Assembly (NCBI GenBank): GCA_964633285.1
Contig: CAZWGA010000016.1
Span: forward strand, 19,644-83,643
DNA length: 64,000 bases
Source: an uncultured Solibacteraceae bacterium
GTDB taxonomy: Bacteria; Acidobacteriota; Terriglobia; 20CM-2-55-15
Reading direction: 5' to 3'
Below, piece after piece: positions 1 to 7,803 of this stretch. The notes beneath the pieces are model-generated. The model was not told where the DNA came from. It was given only the letters and a program-made list of their open reading frames with translations, and ran no database searches. Numbering within the stretch: position 1 is the first letter of the stretch; the number at the start of each line of letters is the position of its first letter. The position numbers were made by a program, and so were the translations under genes.

Positions 1-1
1 A

Positions 2-181
2 CTGTCGTTCAAATACGATCGCGTCGTTCCCGGCTTTGCCATGCCCGTTCGCGTAAACGTCAACGGCAAGGATATGACGCTTGCCGCAACAGATGCTCTG
101 CAGACCCTGGAATTACCGGAAGAGATCAAGTCGTTGAAGGTGGATCCCAACTACTACGTCGAGGCGAAAGAGGATCAATGA
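2..181 (+). CDS. 3' end of a gene entering the window, probably an M1-family metallopeptidase C-terminus
   Basis: Frame 2 reads LSFKYDRVVPGFAMPVRVNVNGK...LKVDPNYYVEAKEDQ* with TGA at 179-181. The 'GFxMPV...VDPNYY' tail resembles M1 peptidase C-termini. Partial, so the call is tentative. Confidence 0.5.
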   Translation: MSFKYDRVVPGFAMPVRVNVNGKDMTLAATDALQTLELPEEIKSLKVDPNYYVEAKEDQ

Positions 182-221
182 TCATACCAGGCAGACGGCG
201 CACTTCCCTATCTGCCGGGAC

Positions 222-2948
222 TCAACGCTTCCCGGACGGCGACAGCCGTTCGATTTCGGAGAACCAGTTCGGCACGACGATCAGTTCCGTGGCGCGCGCG
301 GGTTTTTCGGGCTCTTGTATCATCAGGAAACGGCCGTCGGGCGCGACAGCGTAGCCGCCCAGGATGTCCGAGCCTCGTTTGTAACGGCCTTCGAAAAGCA
401 ATCGAGGTTCGCCGACAGTGAGGTTTGGCGCGGTTTGAATCGGCACAACCATCAGCTTGCTGCCTTCTTCAGCCTGGAAAAAAAGTTCGCGGCCATCACG
501 CGACCACTGAGGGTTGAAATTCAGTTCTGTGCTGGTTGAGATTCGTCGCTTCGATTCCCCGCCCGGAAACTGTCTCAGGTAGATCTGCCGGGAACCGGAT
601 TCGTCGGAACTGTATGCGAACCACTTCCCGTCTGGAGAGAGCGCTGCGGAATCTTCGTTTGCTTCCGTCGCAAGGATTTTGTGGTCGATGTCCTTGCCGG
701 TGGGATTTCCGACTTCAAGCGCCCACAAGTCGACGCCCGTTTTGGCATCCGAGAGAGTGATGTAGAGCAGCCAGCGGCCGTCATTAGACAAAGATTGAGT
801 GCCGAAGTAGGTTCCCTGCTTTTCCAACAGCCGTTGCGGCTGTGAGTTGGAATCCACATCCTGCGAGTAAATCGCGCCCTGATGGGTTCCGAAGGTCGCG
901 TAGTAGAGCCGCTTGCCATCGGAAGACAAGACCGGCATGTTTGGAAAGTCCTGAGTATTGTCGAGGAACCGAGTGAGCGTTTTACTGCTCATATCGAGGA
1001 TCTGGATTCGCACTGAGGATCCTTCGCGGCTGGAAACAACCAATCGTTTCCCGTCGGGCGAAAGCCGGATACCGGGACTCATTACCGGTAAAGATGCGAA
1101 GGGCTCCACTCTTCCGTTGCGGTCCACCCATACAAAATTGGCCGGCCGGCCGGAGTTGGTTGCTGGGGCGTAGATCAGCGTGCCATTCCGCGCCACTGCC
1201 AGTTGCGCCACCGGAGCGGCAGAGGATAATTCATCGACCATCACATTCACAGGAAGCGATACGGCCGGCCCCGTAATCTTGAGCTTGACTGCATCGAAAG
1301 GCGCAGCCATTAACCCGCCGTCGCGCATGAAGAGCATGTGCCCGGAGGCTGCATAGCGCGCATGGCTCGCATTTTCCAGAATCAGTTTGTGGTCCGGCCG
1401 ATCCAGCGACATCGATTCGATACGCTGCCGGCCGTTACTCAAGACCGTATAAATCAGAGTCGTTGTGCCGGGAAGTATCTGCGGGTCTTGATGCCATTCG
1501 TCCTTGGGATTCGTGAGCGTCGTCACGGGCCCGCCATCGGAGCGTATGACCCGTAAGCCTGCATTCCAGGTGTCAAACACGATGCGGCCGTCGTCGCTCC
1601 AGCTTCCCACGACGAAGGAGGCGTATGGCATACCACCGGCAAGCGTCACGGGCTTTGTGCCTGTCAATGAGACTTTTTTGAGAGCTCCATCGAGAGTAAA
1701 AAAACCGATCCACTGTGCATCCGGAGAAAAAAATGGTTCAACGCCGCCTTCGGTTCCAGGAATAGGCCGCACTTCCAGGTCATCGAGATTGCGCAAATAG
1801 AGTTGCTTCGTCGCATCGCCCCCAAAGTAGACCACTCGCGAGCCATCCGGTGAAATTGCGACACATGCCTGAGGGTAAGAGCTCATATTGATCGCTGCGC
1901 TTGCAGGCAAACGGATCGACGTGCGCGTCAGGTTTCCAGTGTTGGCCGGCGCCCGACGGAAGGCGAAGATGACGGCGCCTGTAATGCCGGAGCCAACAAT
2001 CAAACCAAGCGCCGCAGCCGCCAATAATCTTTTGCGGCTTGCCGCCGCCGGCGAGTTGCTCTCGATAGATCTAACTCCGCCTGCGTGGGGATCGGCGATC
2101 AACGACATCAATTCGAGACGCGCATCGCCAATGTCGCGAAGTCGATTACGAGGATCCTTAATCAAACATCGGCGCAGAAGTTCTCTCAAACGCCACGGCA
2201 ACTCTTCGGGCAGCGCGGACCAGTCGGGTTCGAGCTTCAATGTCGCTGCCAGAGTTTCCGATACATCTTCTCCCGCGAAGGCTCGCTTGCCGGACAACAT
2301 TTCATATAGAACGCAGCCGAACGCCCAAATGTCGGTGCGCCGGTCCACCATTTTCCCCCGCGCTTGTTCCGGACTCATGTAAGCGGCGGTGCCCAGAATG
2401 ATCCCGGCTCGTGTGGCTGCCCCCGTTAGTGTCGGAGAATTCGAGAAATCTTCAGACCTCGCTTCGGTTTCCATGGCCTTCGCAAGACCGAAGTCCAGAA
2501 CCTTGACGTCACCATCCGGCGTCAACTTGATGTTGGCGGGCTTCAGATCTCGATGGATGAGATTCTTCTCATGCGCCGCTTCGAGTCCTTCAGCCAATTG
2601 CAGCGCGATACGCATGCTTTCATCGAATGGTATTGGTCCGGCGAGAACTCGATCCGCCAGCGTTGGTCCTTCGACCAGCTCCAGCACCAGCGCTCTAACT
2701 CCTTCGGCCTCCTCGAAGCCATAGATGCCGCCGATGCGTGGATGGTTCAGTGAAGCGAGAATCTGCGCTTCGCGCTGGAAGCGAGCCAGGCGTTCGGCAT
2801 CCGAGGCGAACAAATCCGGCAATATCTTGAGCGCAACATCGCGCTGCAGTTTCGTATCGTGCGCCCGAAACACTTCTCCCATGCCGCCGCGGCCGATGGC
2901 GGCAATGACTTCGTAGGAACCGAGACGTGATCCGAGTTTCAAAGGCAT
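222..2948 (-). CDS. Membrane Ser/Thr protein kinase with C-terminal TolB/PD40 beta-propeller
   Basis: Hanks motifs GRGGMGEV, VALK, HRDLKPAN, DFG, GTAAYMSPEQ; TM helix LLAAAALGLIVGSGITGAVIFAF; repeated SPDG motifs. Start moved to ATG 2948 (MPLKLGSRLG). Confidence 0.93.
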   Translation of the reverse strand: MPLKLGSRLGSYEVIAAIGRGGMGEVFRAHDTKLQRDVALKILPDLFASDAERLARFQREAQILASLNHPRIGGIYGFEEAEGVRALVLELVEGPTLADRVLAGPIPFDESMRIALQLAEGLEAAHEKNLIHRDLKPANIKLTPDGDVKVLDFGLAKAMETEARSEDFSNSPTLTGAATRAGIILGTAAYMSPEQARGKMVDRRTDIWAFGCVLYEMLSGKRAFAGEDVSETLAATLKLEPDWSALPEELPWRLRELLRRCLIKDPRNRLRDIGDARLELMSLIADPHAGGVRSIESNSPAAASRKRLLAAAALGLIVGSGITGAVIFAFRRAPANTGNLTRTSIRLPASAAINMSSYPQACVAISPDGSRVVYFGGDATKQLYLRNLDDLEVRPIPGTEGGVEPFFSPDAQWIGFFTLDGALKKVSLTGTKPVTLAGGMPYASFVVGSWSDDGRIVFDTWNAGLRVIRSDGGPVTTLTNPKDEWHQDPQILPGTTTLIYTVLSNGRQRIESMSLDRPDHKLILENASHARYAASGHMLFMRDGGLMAAPFDAVKLKITGPAVSLPVNVMVDELSSAAPVAQLAVARNGTLIYAPATNSGRPANFVWVDRNGRVEPFASLPVMSPGIRLSPDGKRLVVSSREGSSVRIQILDMSSKTLTRFLDNTQDFPNMPVLSSDGKRLYYATFGTHQGAIYSQDVDSNSQPQRLLEKQGTYFGTQSLSNDGRWLLYITLSDAKTGVDLWALEVGNPTGKDIDHKILATEANEDSAALSPDGKWFAYSSDESGSRQIYLRQFPGGESKRRISTSTELNFNPQWSRDGRELFFQAEEGSKLMVVPIQTAPNLTVGEPRLLFEGRYKRGSDILGGYAVAPDGRFLMIQEPEKPARATELIVVPNWFSEIERLSPSGKR

Positions 2949-3030
2949 GGCTTGGTTAACATAGAACGCGGGGAATTCTAGCACCGATCTCGCTTTACAA
3001 CCCGGATAGCCGGATGAAGCGGCCTTGAAG

Positions 3031-3330
3031 CTATTCAGGCGCTCCGGATTCGAGAATCTTCTTCAACGCTCGAAGTTGCATGGCGTGCTGAATATCCTTC
3101 GGCCGGCCAGTCGCCATCTTCATCTTTATCAGGTCGTCAACGGAAGCGACCCGGACAGGTAGCCCAAACAGGAGGATTTCGGGCGACCGCTTCCAAAGTT
3201 CCTCGAAGCCTTCCACTCCTGGGGCTTCGGCCAGTAGATCAACAGGCCCCATATCCGTACTGAGAGTTACATTGAAGACGTTCTTGAAGAAGTCCGTGTC
3301 CCACGCAATCGAGACCGGTTCTCGGGGGTT
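3031..3330 (-). pseudogene. 5'-truncated minimal nucleotidyltransferase (C-terminal half only)
   Basis: The frame reads ...WDTDFFKNVFNVTLSTDMGPVDLL...VASVDDLIKMKMATGRPKD, typical of the C-half of small NTases. The N-terminal GG..D.D catalytic part is absent and an in-frame TGA lies at about 3361-3363. Confidence 0.68.
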
Positions 3331-3446
3331 AACAGAAGATTCGAGGCGATCAAAGTAATATCAACGCCGTTCTCGTCCTGCCAGCCGTAGGGATGTTCGG
3401 ACAGATACTTCTCGACGCGTGCCTTATCGGTTTCTGGGTTACCCAC
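3267..3446 (-). pseudogene. Small NTase-partner (antitoxin-like) gene, 3'-truncated and running into the NTase remnant
   Basis: GTG 3446 gives MGNPETDKARVEKYLSEHPYGWQDENGVDITLIASNLLLTPE, then drifts to a stop at 3267 (59 aa, absent from the ORF track). The GVDxTLIxxNLxLTPE motif is one I recall from genes upstream of these NTases. Confidence 0.5.
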
Positions 3447-3498
3447 GGTTCAATTGTGCCATAGCCGTCATGAGATCCGGGAGGCGCCTATACCCCGA

Positions 3499-3724
3499 CT
3501 ACTTTGGCGCAACGAATCGGACCTCGAGATACGTGATTGGCGTCGTCACTTCTTTGTACCAATGCGCTGTAAATGCCCGCCGAACCTGGGGGCGGCGCAG
3601 GAGTCGTTGCCGGCGCGGTTCCCCGGCCTGCACCGGGAGCTTGCGGAGCCGCCGCCTGCTGTGCCTGCATGGTACTGATCGTCATGAACAGAATGGCCGT
3701 AAGGGCTCTGATCGTCGTTCTCAT
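3499..3724 (-). pseudogene. Internally deleted exported cupin-like gene
   Basis: Signal peptide plus Ala/Pro linker (MRTTIRALTAILFMTISTMQAQQ...PPPGSAGIY) in one frame. A cupin-like C-terminus TAHWYKEVTTPITYLEVRFVAPK* is in another frame ending at 3499. Junction at about 3570. Confidence 0.58.
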
Positions 3725-3736
3725 AAGCTATCCCTG

Positions 3737-4906
3737 TTATCGGGAAGGCCCAGCCAGGACGGCAGGATCCTTCGTCTCGCGAACGATCTCCTGGAAAGTA
3801 GGCTTTCGTCCGGATTTGATCTGGGTAATGAACTCGCGCATTGGGGCGACGGTGCTGACGTTGGTCATCCCCTGTCTCCACCACGTCAAGCCGCGTGCCG
3901 GGTTGCCGAGGATGTGACGGATGAACATGCTGGAAGAATCCACGGGCAGGGTGGCCACGTTTTCGTAGAAGGTCTGTTTCTGCGGATCACTGAGATAGGT
4001 CTCGACATTGGAGATGTAGAACACCCCCACGGTTGCTTTGTGCTCGGTGAGGTAGCGGCCCACATTGCGGATCACCGCCGGACCGGCGAAGTCGCCCACT
4101 AGCGGAACGATCAGGTTCTTTCGCTGCATTTCGCGCACGTACAGATAGTTTTCTTCAGTCGCCAGAAAGGACGAGTTATGGCCGGTGCTATCGGTTCTGT
4201 TCATCATCCGGGTGTACGTCCCCCCTCTGGAAGGCCCGAGCCCCACAGGAGCTGCGCTCGCAAAATAGTAGTTGATGCCTGGGCCACCTTGAGAAAAAAC
4301 CGTATAGACCTTCTCAATGTTGCTGATGTCTTCGCTTGTGAGTCCATAACCATGTTTGGTCATGTACGCTTTGATGGCCGCCAGGTTCTTTGCCAACAGA
4401 TCGGGATCCACTCTGGCGTTCTCGTAGGCGGTGAACAGCGCTGCCGGTGTCGTTTTTGTGTCGAGGCCCGCGGGCTTTACGCGCGAGAACAGATTGCTCA
4501 CGAAGTCTGCGCGGCTGGGGGACATGTCGAAGAGCGCTTTGTACACCAGCATCTCCACCATGTTCTGCCGCCGGATGTCGATGACGAACGCCAGTCTCGA
4601 CTGCAACACTGAGGCGTATGTGAAATTCTGCTCGGGACCGACTCCGATATAGACGCCGCCGGGCTTCGTAGTGGCCTTTAGTGCCGGAATGACGTCCTGA
4701 TATTCAAGCTCGTTCGAGATGAAGTTTTCGTAGGGATATGTGCCTCCCGGCTCGGAGAGATCCACGATCATTTTCCAGAAATCCTTGTCGCTGATTTCGG
4801 AAGGTAACGTGGCCGCAGTTGACTGCGCGAAGCAAGCCAGGGCCGCTGTAACAAGCAGCGCCAGTAACAACGCCGTCTTCAAGACCGGTCGATGAGTAAA
4901 GAGCAT
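3737..4906 (-). CDS. Exported protein of unknown function (LIC_10091-like; possible SAM-binding Rossmann fold)
   Basis: GGAGG before ATG 4906, signal peptide, motifs SNE, GGVYIGVGPEQNFTY, IDIRRQNM, GDFAG, FYISNVETYL. Paralog at 45841-46941. Confidence 0.8.
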   Translation of the reverse strand: MLFTHRPVLKTALLLALLVTAALACFAQSTAATLPSEISDKDFWKMIVDLSEPGGTYPYENFISNELEYQDVIPALKATTKPGGVYIGVGPEQNFTYASVLQSRLAFVIDIRRQNMVEMLVYKALFDMSPSRADFVSNLFSRVKPAGLDTKTTPAALFTAYENARVDPDLLAKNLAAIKAYMTKHGYGLTSEDISNIEKVYTVFSQGGPGINYYFASAAPVGLGPSRGGTYTRMMNRTDSTGHNSSFLATEENYLYVREMQRKNLIVPLVGDFAGPAVIRNVGRYLTEHKATVGVFYISNVETYLSDPQKQTFYENVATLPVDSSSMFIRHILGNPARGLTWWRQGMTNVSTVAPMREFITQIKSGRKPTFQEIVRETKDPAVLAGPSR

Positions 4907-5114
4907 GAACACCTCCAGGAAACAGATTCTTATTTCGGTGACGTACGTTCGTGCCGCCAATTTTAGACGAAACGGCGTCATTGTTCCGTTTATTGACGCG
5001 AGTTATTGAATTTTGATACTCACACGTCGAAATTTATCGACGTTCTCGCGATGGAGACCGGTCAGAGCTCTTGCGTTGCTTTTCCTGAGGTTCGTCAGGG
5101 TAGAATGGTTTCGA

Positions 5115-5684
5115 ATGACAAAACGACTCCATCATTACACCTATTGCGACTATATCGCAGTAGAGCGGGACAGCCCGACGAAGCACGAATTCCTTGATGG
5201 CGAGATTTACGCGATGTCGGGCGGTACCGCCGAACATGCTGCGCTGGCGGCGGAGACCCTTTACCTCTTAATGGCCGCCGTTCGGGATAAGCCGTGCCGT
5301 GTTTACACTTCGGATTTGAGAATCTATGTTGAAGCAGTCGGGCTTGCAACCTTTCCGGATGGAATCGTCGTTTGTGGCCCTCTCGAACAACACCAGTCAA
5401 GCCCGGAGTCCACTTGTCTGAATCCGACGGTCCTTCTGGAGGTTACCAGCGACTCTTCCGAGGAATACGACACCTCCACGAAATTGGAATCTTACCGAAC
5501 GATTCCTACTTTAAGGGACTACATTATCGTCTCCCATCGTGAACGCCGCATTACTGTTCACAGTCGAGCCAATGATCAAGAGTGGACAACAAGATCGGCT
5601 ACTGCAGGAGGCCATGTGGATATCGGAAGCATCGACGCGGATCTGAGTGTCGATCAGATCTATCGAGGCAGCAGCATCGATTAA
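5115..5684 (+). CDS. Uma2/DUF820 family PD-(D/E)xK endonuclease-like protein
   Basis: KHEFLDGEIYAMSGG, PDGIVVC, NPTVLLEVTSDS, YRTIPTLRDY motifs; start ATG 5115. Confidence 0.9.
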   Translation: MTKRLHHYTYCDYIAVERDSPTKHEFLDGEIYAMSGGTAEHAALAAETLYLLMAAVRDKPCRVYTSDLRIYVEAVGLATFPDGIVVCGPLEQHQSSPESTCLNPTVLLEVTSDSSEEYDTSTKLESYRTIPTLRDYIIVSHRERRITVHSRANDQEWTTRSATAGGHVDIGSIDADLSVDQIYRGSSID

Positions 5685-5911
5685 TCTCCTGCGTGAAATC
5701 TGTTTCTCCTCGCCGTTGAATGCCGTATCAACTGCCCGTCGTTCCGAAGGCGACTTGGTTTCCGACTTTGACGATCCCGCCCTCAACAATTGCCAGCCTG
5801 GAGCATTATGTGGCGTTCGCCACTCTAGCCAACGGGAAGCGAGTCCGCAATTCATTTGAATCACGGTGTGGAGCAACGCGCGGTTAGAATACCGGCACCT
5901 CAGATTTTCAA

Positions 5912-6319
5912 ATGGCGAAAAAGATCCGTTTTGAAGATGTGCGAAAACTTGCGATGGCACTGCCGGGTGTCGAAGATGGAACAACGCGTGGATCGCAAGC
6001 ACTCAACATCCATGGCAAGCTTTTCGCCTGGATTCCGGTGAACAAGAAAGATGTCGAGCCCAATACGCTGGCCATTCGTATCGACTTCGAGCAGCGCGAG
6101 GCTCTCATTGGCGACGCTCCGCACATCTACTACATCACCGATCATTATCTGAATTACCCCGCGGTGCTGGTTCGCCTCGATCACATGGATCGCCATGCGC
6201 TGCCGGATCTGATACGTTCCGGCTGGCGCTTCATTTCGGCACAAACACACCGAAAACCCAAAAAGTCAAAATCACCTGACTCATCGAGAAGCGGAAACAC
6301 GAGTGCCTCACGCAGGTAG
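5912..6319 (+). CDS. MmcQ/YjbR family protein
   Basis: LAMALPGVE, GKLFA, YITDHYLNYPAVLVRL motifs. Confidence 0.85.
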   Translation: MAKKIRFEDVRKLAMALPGVEDGTTRGSQALNIHGKLFAWIPVNKKDVEPNTLAIRIDFEQREALIGDAPHIYYITDHYLNYPAVLVRLDHMDRHALPDLIRSGWRFISAQTHRKPKKSKSPDSSRSGNTSASRR

Positions 6320-6325
6320 GTTGCT

Positions 6326-7735
6326 GTGTTGATCCTCGCTATTGCGCTGGCCGTCGTCTTCACCGCGTGTGCGGTTTCCAATGCCGATATTGTGCTGGGT
6401 GTCTCCGCTGGAGTGAAAAAGGCGCGGGCTGAAGGCCGAAGTGTTTCAATGATTCCCTTCGTTGGAGGAGTGGCTGGCGCCGCGAGCTGTATCGTCGTAC
6501 CGATCGAAGCCGTTCATCCCTTCTTCTGGGTGCCGATACTTCTGGATATCGGTACGGGGTTTTATCTGGCAGCGGCAATAGTCCTTATGACGGCGGATTT
6601 CTTACAAAACCGAGGTCAGGACAGAAATTCGAGCGCGGCCGATCCCGGCTTTAAGGAACTGCAGCGCAACATCACCGGATGCATACTCGGCACGGCATGC
6701 GGCGACTCGATCGGGTTGCCTGTCGAAGCTCTCACAAAGAGCCGGCAGCACAAATTGTTTCCGGACCTCGATGGGCATCACTTTCTTTTCGGCCGCGGAA
6801 TGACTTCCGATGACACCGAGCACACATGCATGCTGGCTCAAGCTCTCATCAAGTCCCGTTGCTCTCCGGAACCGTTCATTCGCGACTTCGCCTGGCGCCT
6901 CCGATTCTGGTTCTTACGGCTGCCAGGGGGTATCGGGCGAGCGACTCTTCTGGCGGCCATCAAACTGTGGATCGGATTTCCGCCCCGCGCGAGCGGCATT
7001 CGTTCCGCTGGTAATGGCCCGGCTATGCGAAGCGCTCTTCTCGGCGTCTGCTTCGGCGACGATCCACCGGTTCTCAGGCAGTTCGTGCGCGCTGCAACGC
7101 GCATCACACATACGCACGAAGCCGCCGAGTCCGGCGCCCTCACTGTAGCCATAGCCGCGTACTGTTCCACGCGCGGCGAGAACACTCCCGAGTTGTTCCT
7201 GAAACGTTTATCGGCTGTATTGGATGCCGGCGATGCGGAGTCTCTCGCCATCGTACAGAATGTCGCGAAGAGCGTGATATCCGGCGAGAGCACGGAATCC
7301 TTTGCGCGGCAGATGGGCTGCGAGCGGGGAATCAGCGGCTACATTCTACACACGGTGCCTGCCGCGCTTCACGCATGGCTGCGTCATCCGAAAGATCTTC
7401 GAGCCGGAGTTCTCGAAGTCGTTCGCTGCGGCGGAGACGCGGACACGACCGGCGCAATAACAGGCGCAATCATCGGCGCCGGCGTGGGCCCCGAAGGCGT
7501 GCCGGAGGATTGGCTCGCCGGAATTGTCGAATGGCCATGCACCATCGCGTGGATGAAACGCTCGAGTTCTCAATTAGCCCGAACTGTGCACGAGGTCCGC
7601 CGTGACTTGCTGCAATTCCCTGCGGATGCCTCTGTTCTACGCGTCAGCGCGCTGGCCCTTCTTGCCCGCAATCTGGTGTTTCTTGCAATCGTCATTGCTC
7701 ACGGACTTCGGCGCCTGCTGCCTCCTTACGGCTAA
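6326..7735 (+). CDS. ADP-ribosylglycohydrolase (DraG/ARH family) with N-terminal membrane domain
   Basis: GTACGDSIG, TSDDTE, SAGNGPAMR, ITH, GGDADTTGAITG motifs; about 90 aa hydrophobic N-terminus with 3 predicted helices. Confidence 0.88.
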   Translation: MLILAIALAVVFTACAVSNADIVLGVSAGVKKARAEGRSVSMIPFVGGVAGAASCIVVPIEAVHPFFWVPILLDIGTGFYLAAAIVLMTADFLQNRGQDRNSSAADPGFKELQRNITGCILGTACGDSIGLPVEALTKSRQHKLFPDLDGHHFLFGRGMTSDDTEHTCMLAQALIKSRCSPEPFIRDFAWRLRFWFLRLPGGIGRATLLAAIKLWIGFPPRASGIRSAGNGPAMRSALLGVCFGDDPPVLRQFVRAATRITHTHEAAESGALTVAIAAYCSTRGENTPELFLKRLSAVLDAGDAESLAIVQNVAKSVISGESTESFARQMGCERGISGYILHTVPAALHAWLRHPKDLRAGVLEVVRCGGDADTTGAITGAIIGAGVGPEGVPEDWLAGIVEWPCTIAWMKRSSSQLARTVHEVRRDLLQFPADASVLRVSALALLARNLVFLAIVIAHGLRRLLPPYG

Positions 7736-7803
7736 GCTCTCAGATTCCGTTCAGAACATGATCTTCGACGGCCTGCGGTGCAAGTTGTTCCTGATTCCGT
7801 TGT

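Noticed and set aside
5685-5911. Possible gene remnant (LAIVEGGIVKVGNQV, minus strand)
   Set aside because: Too short, bounded by stops and without a start; cannot be supported.
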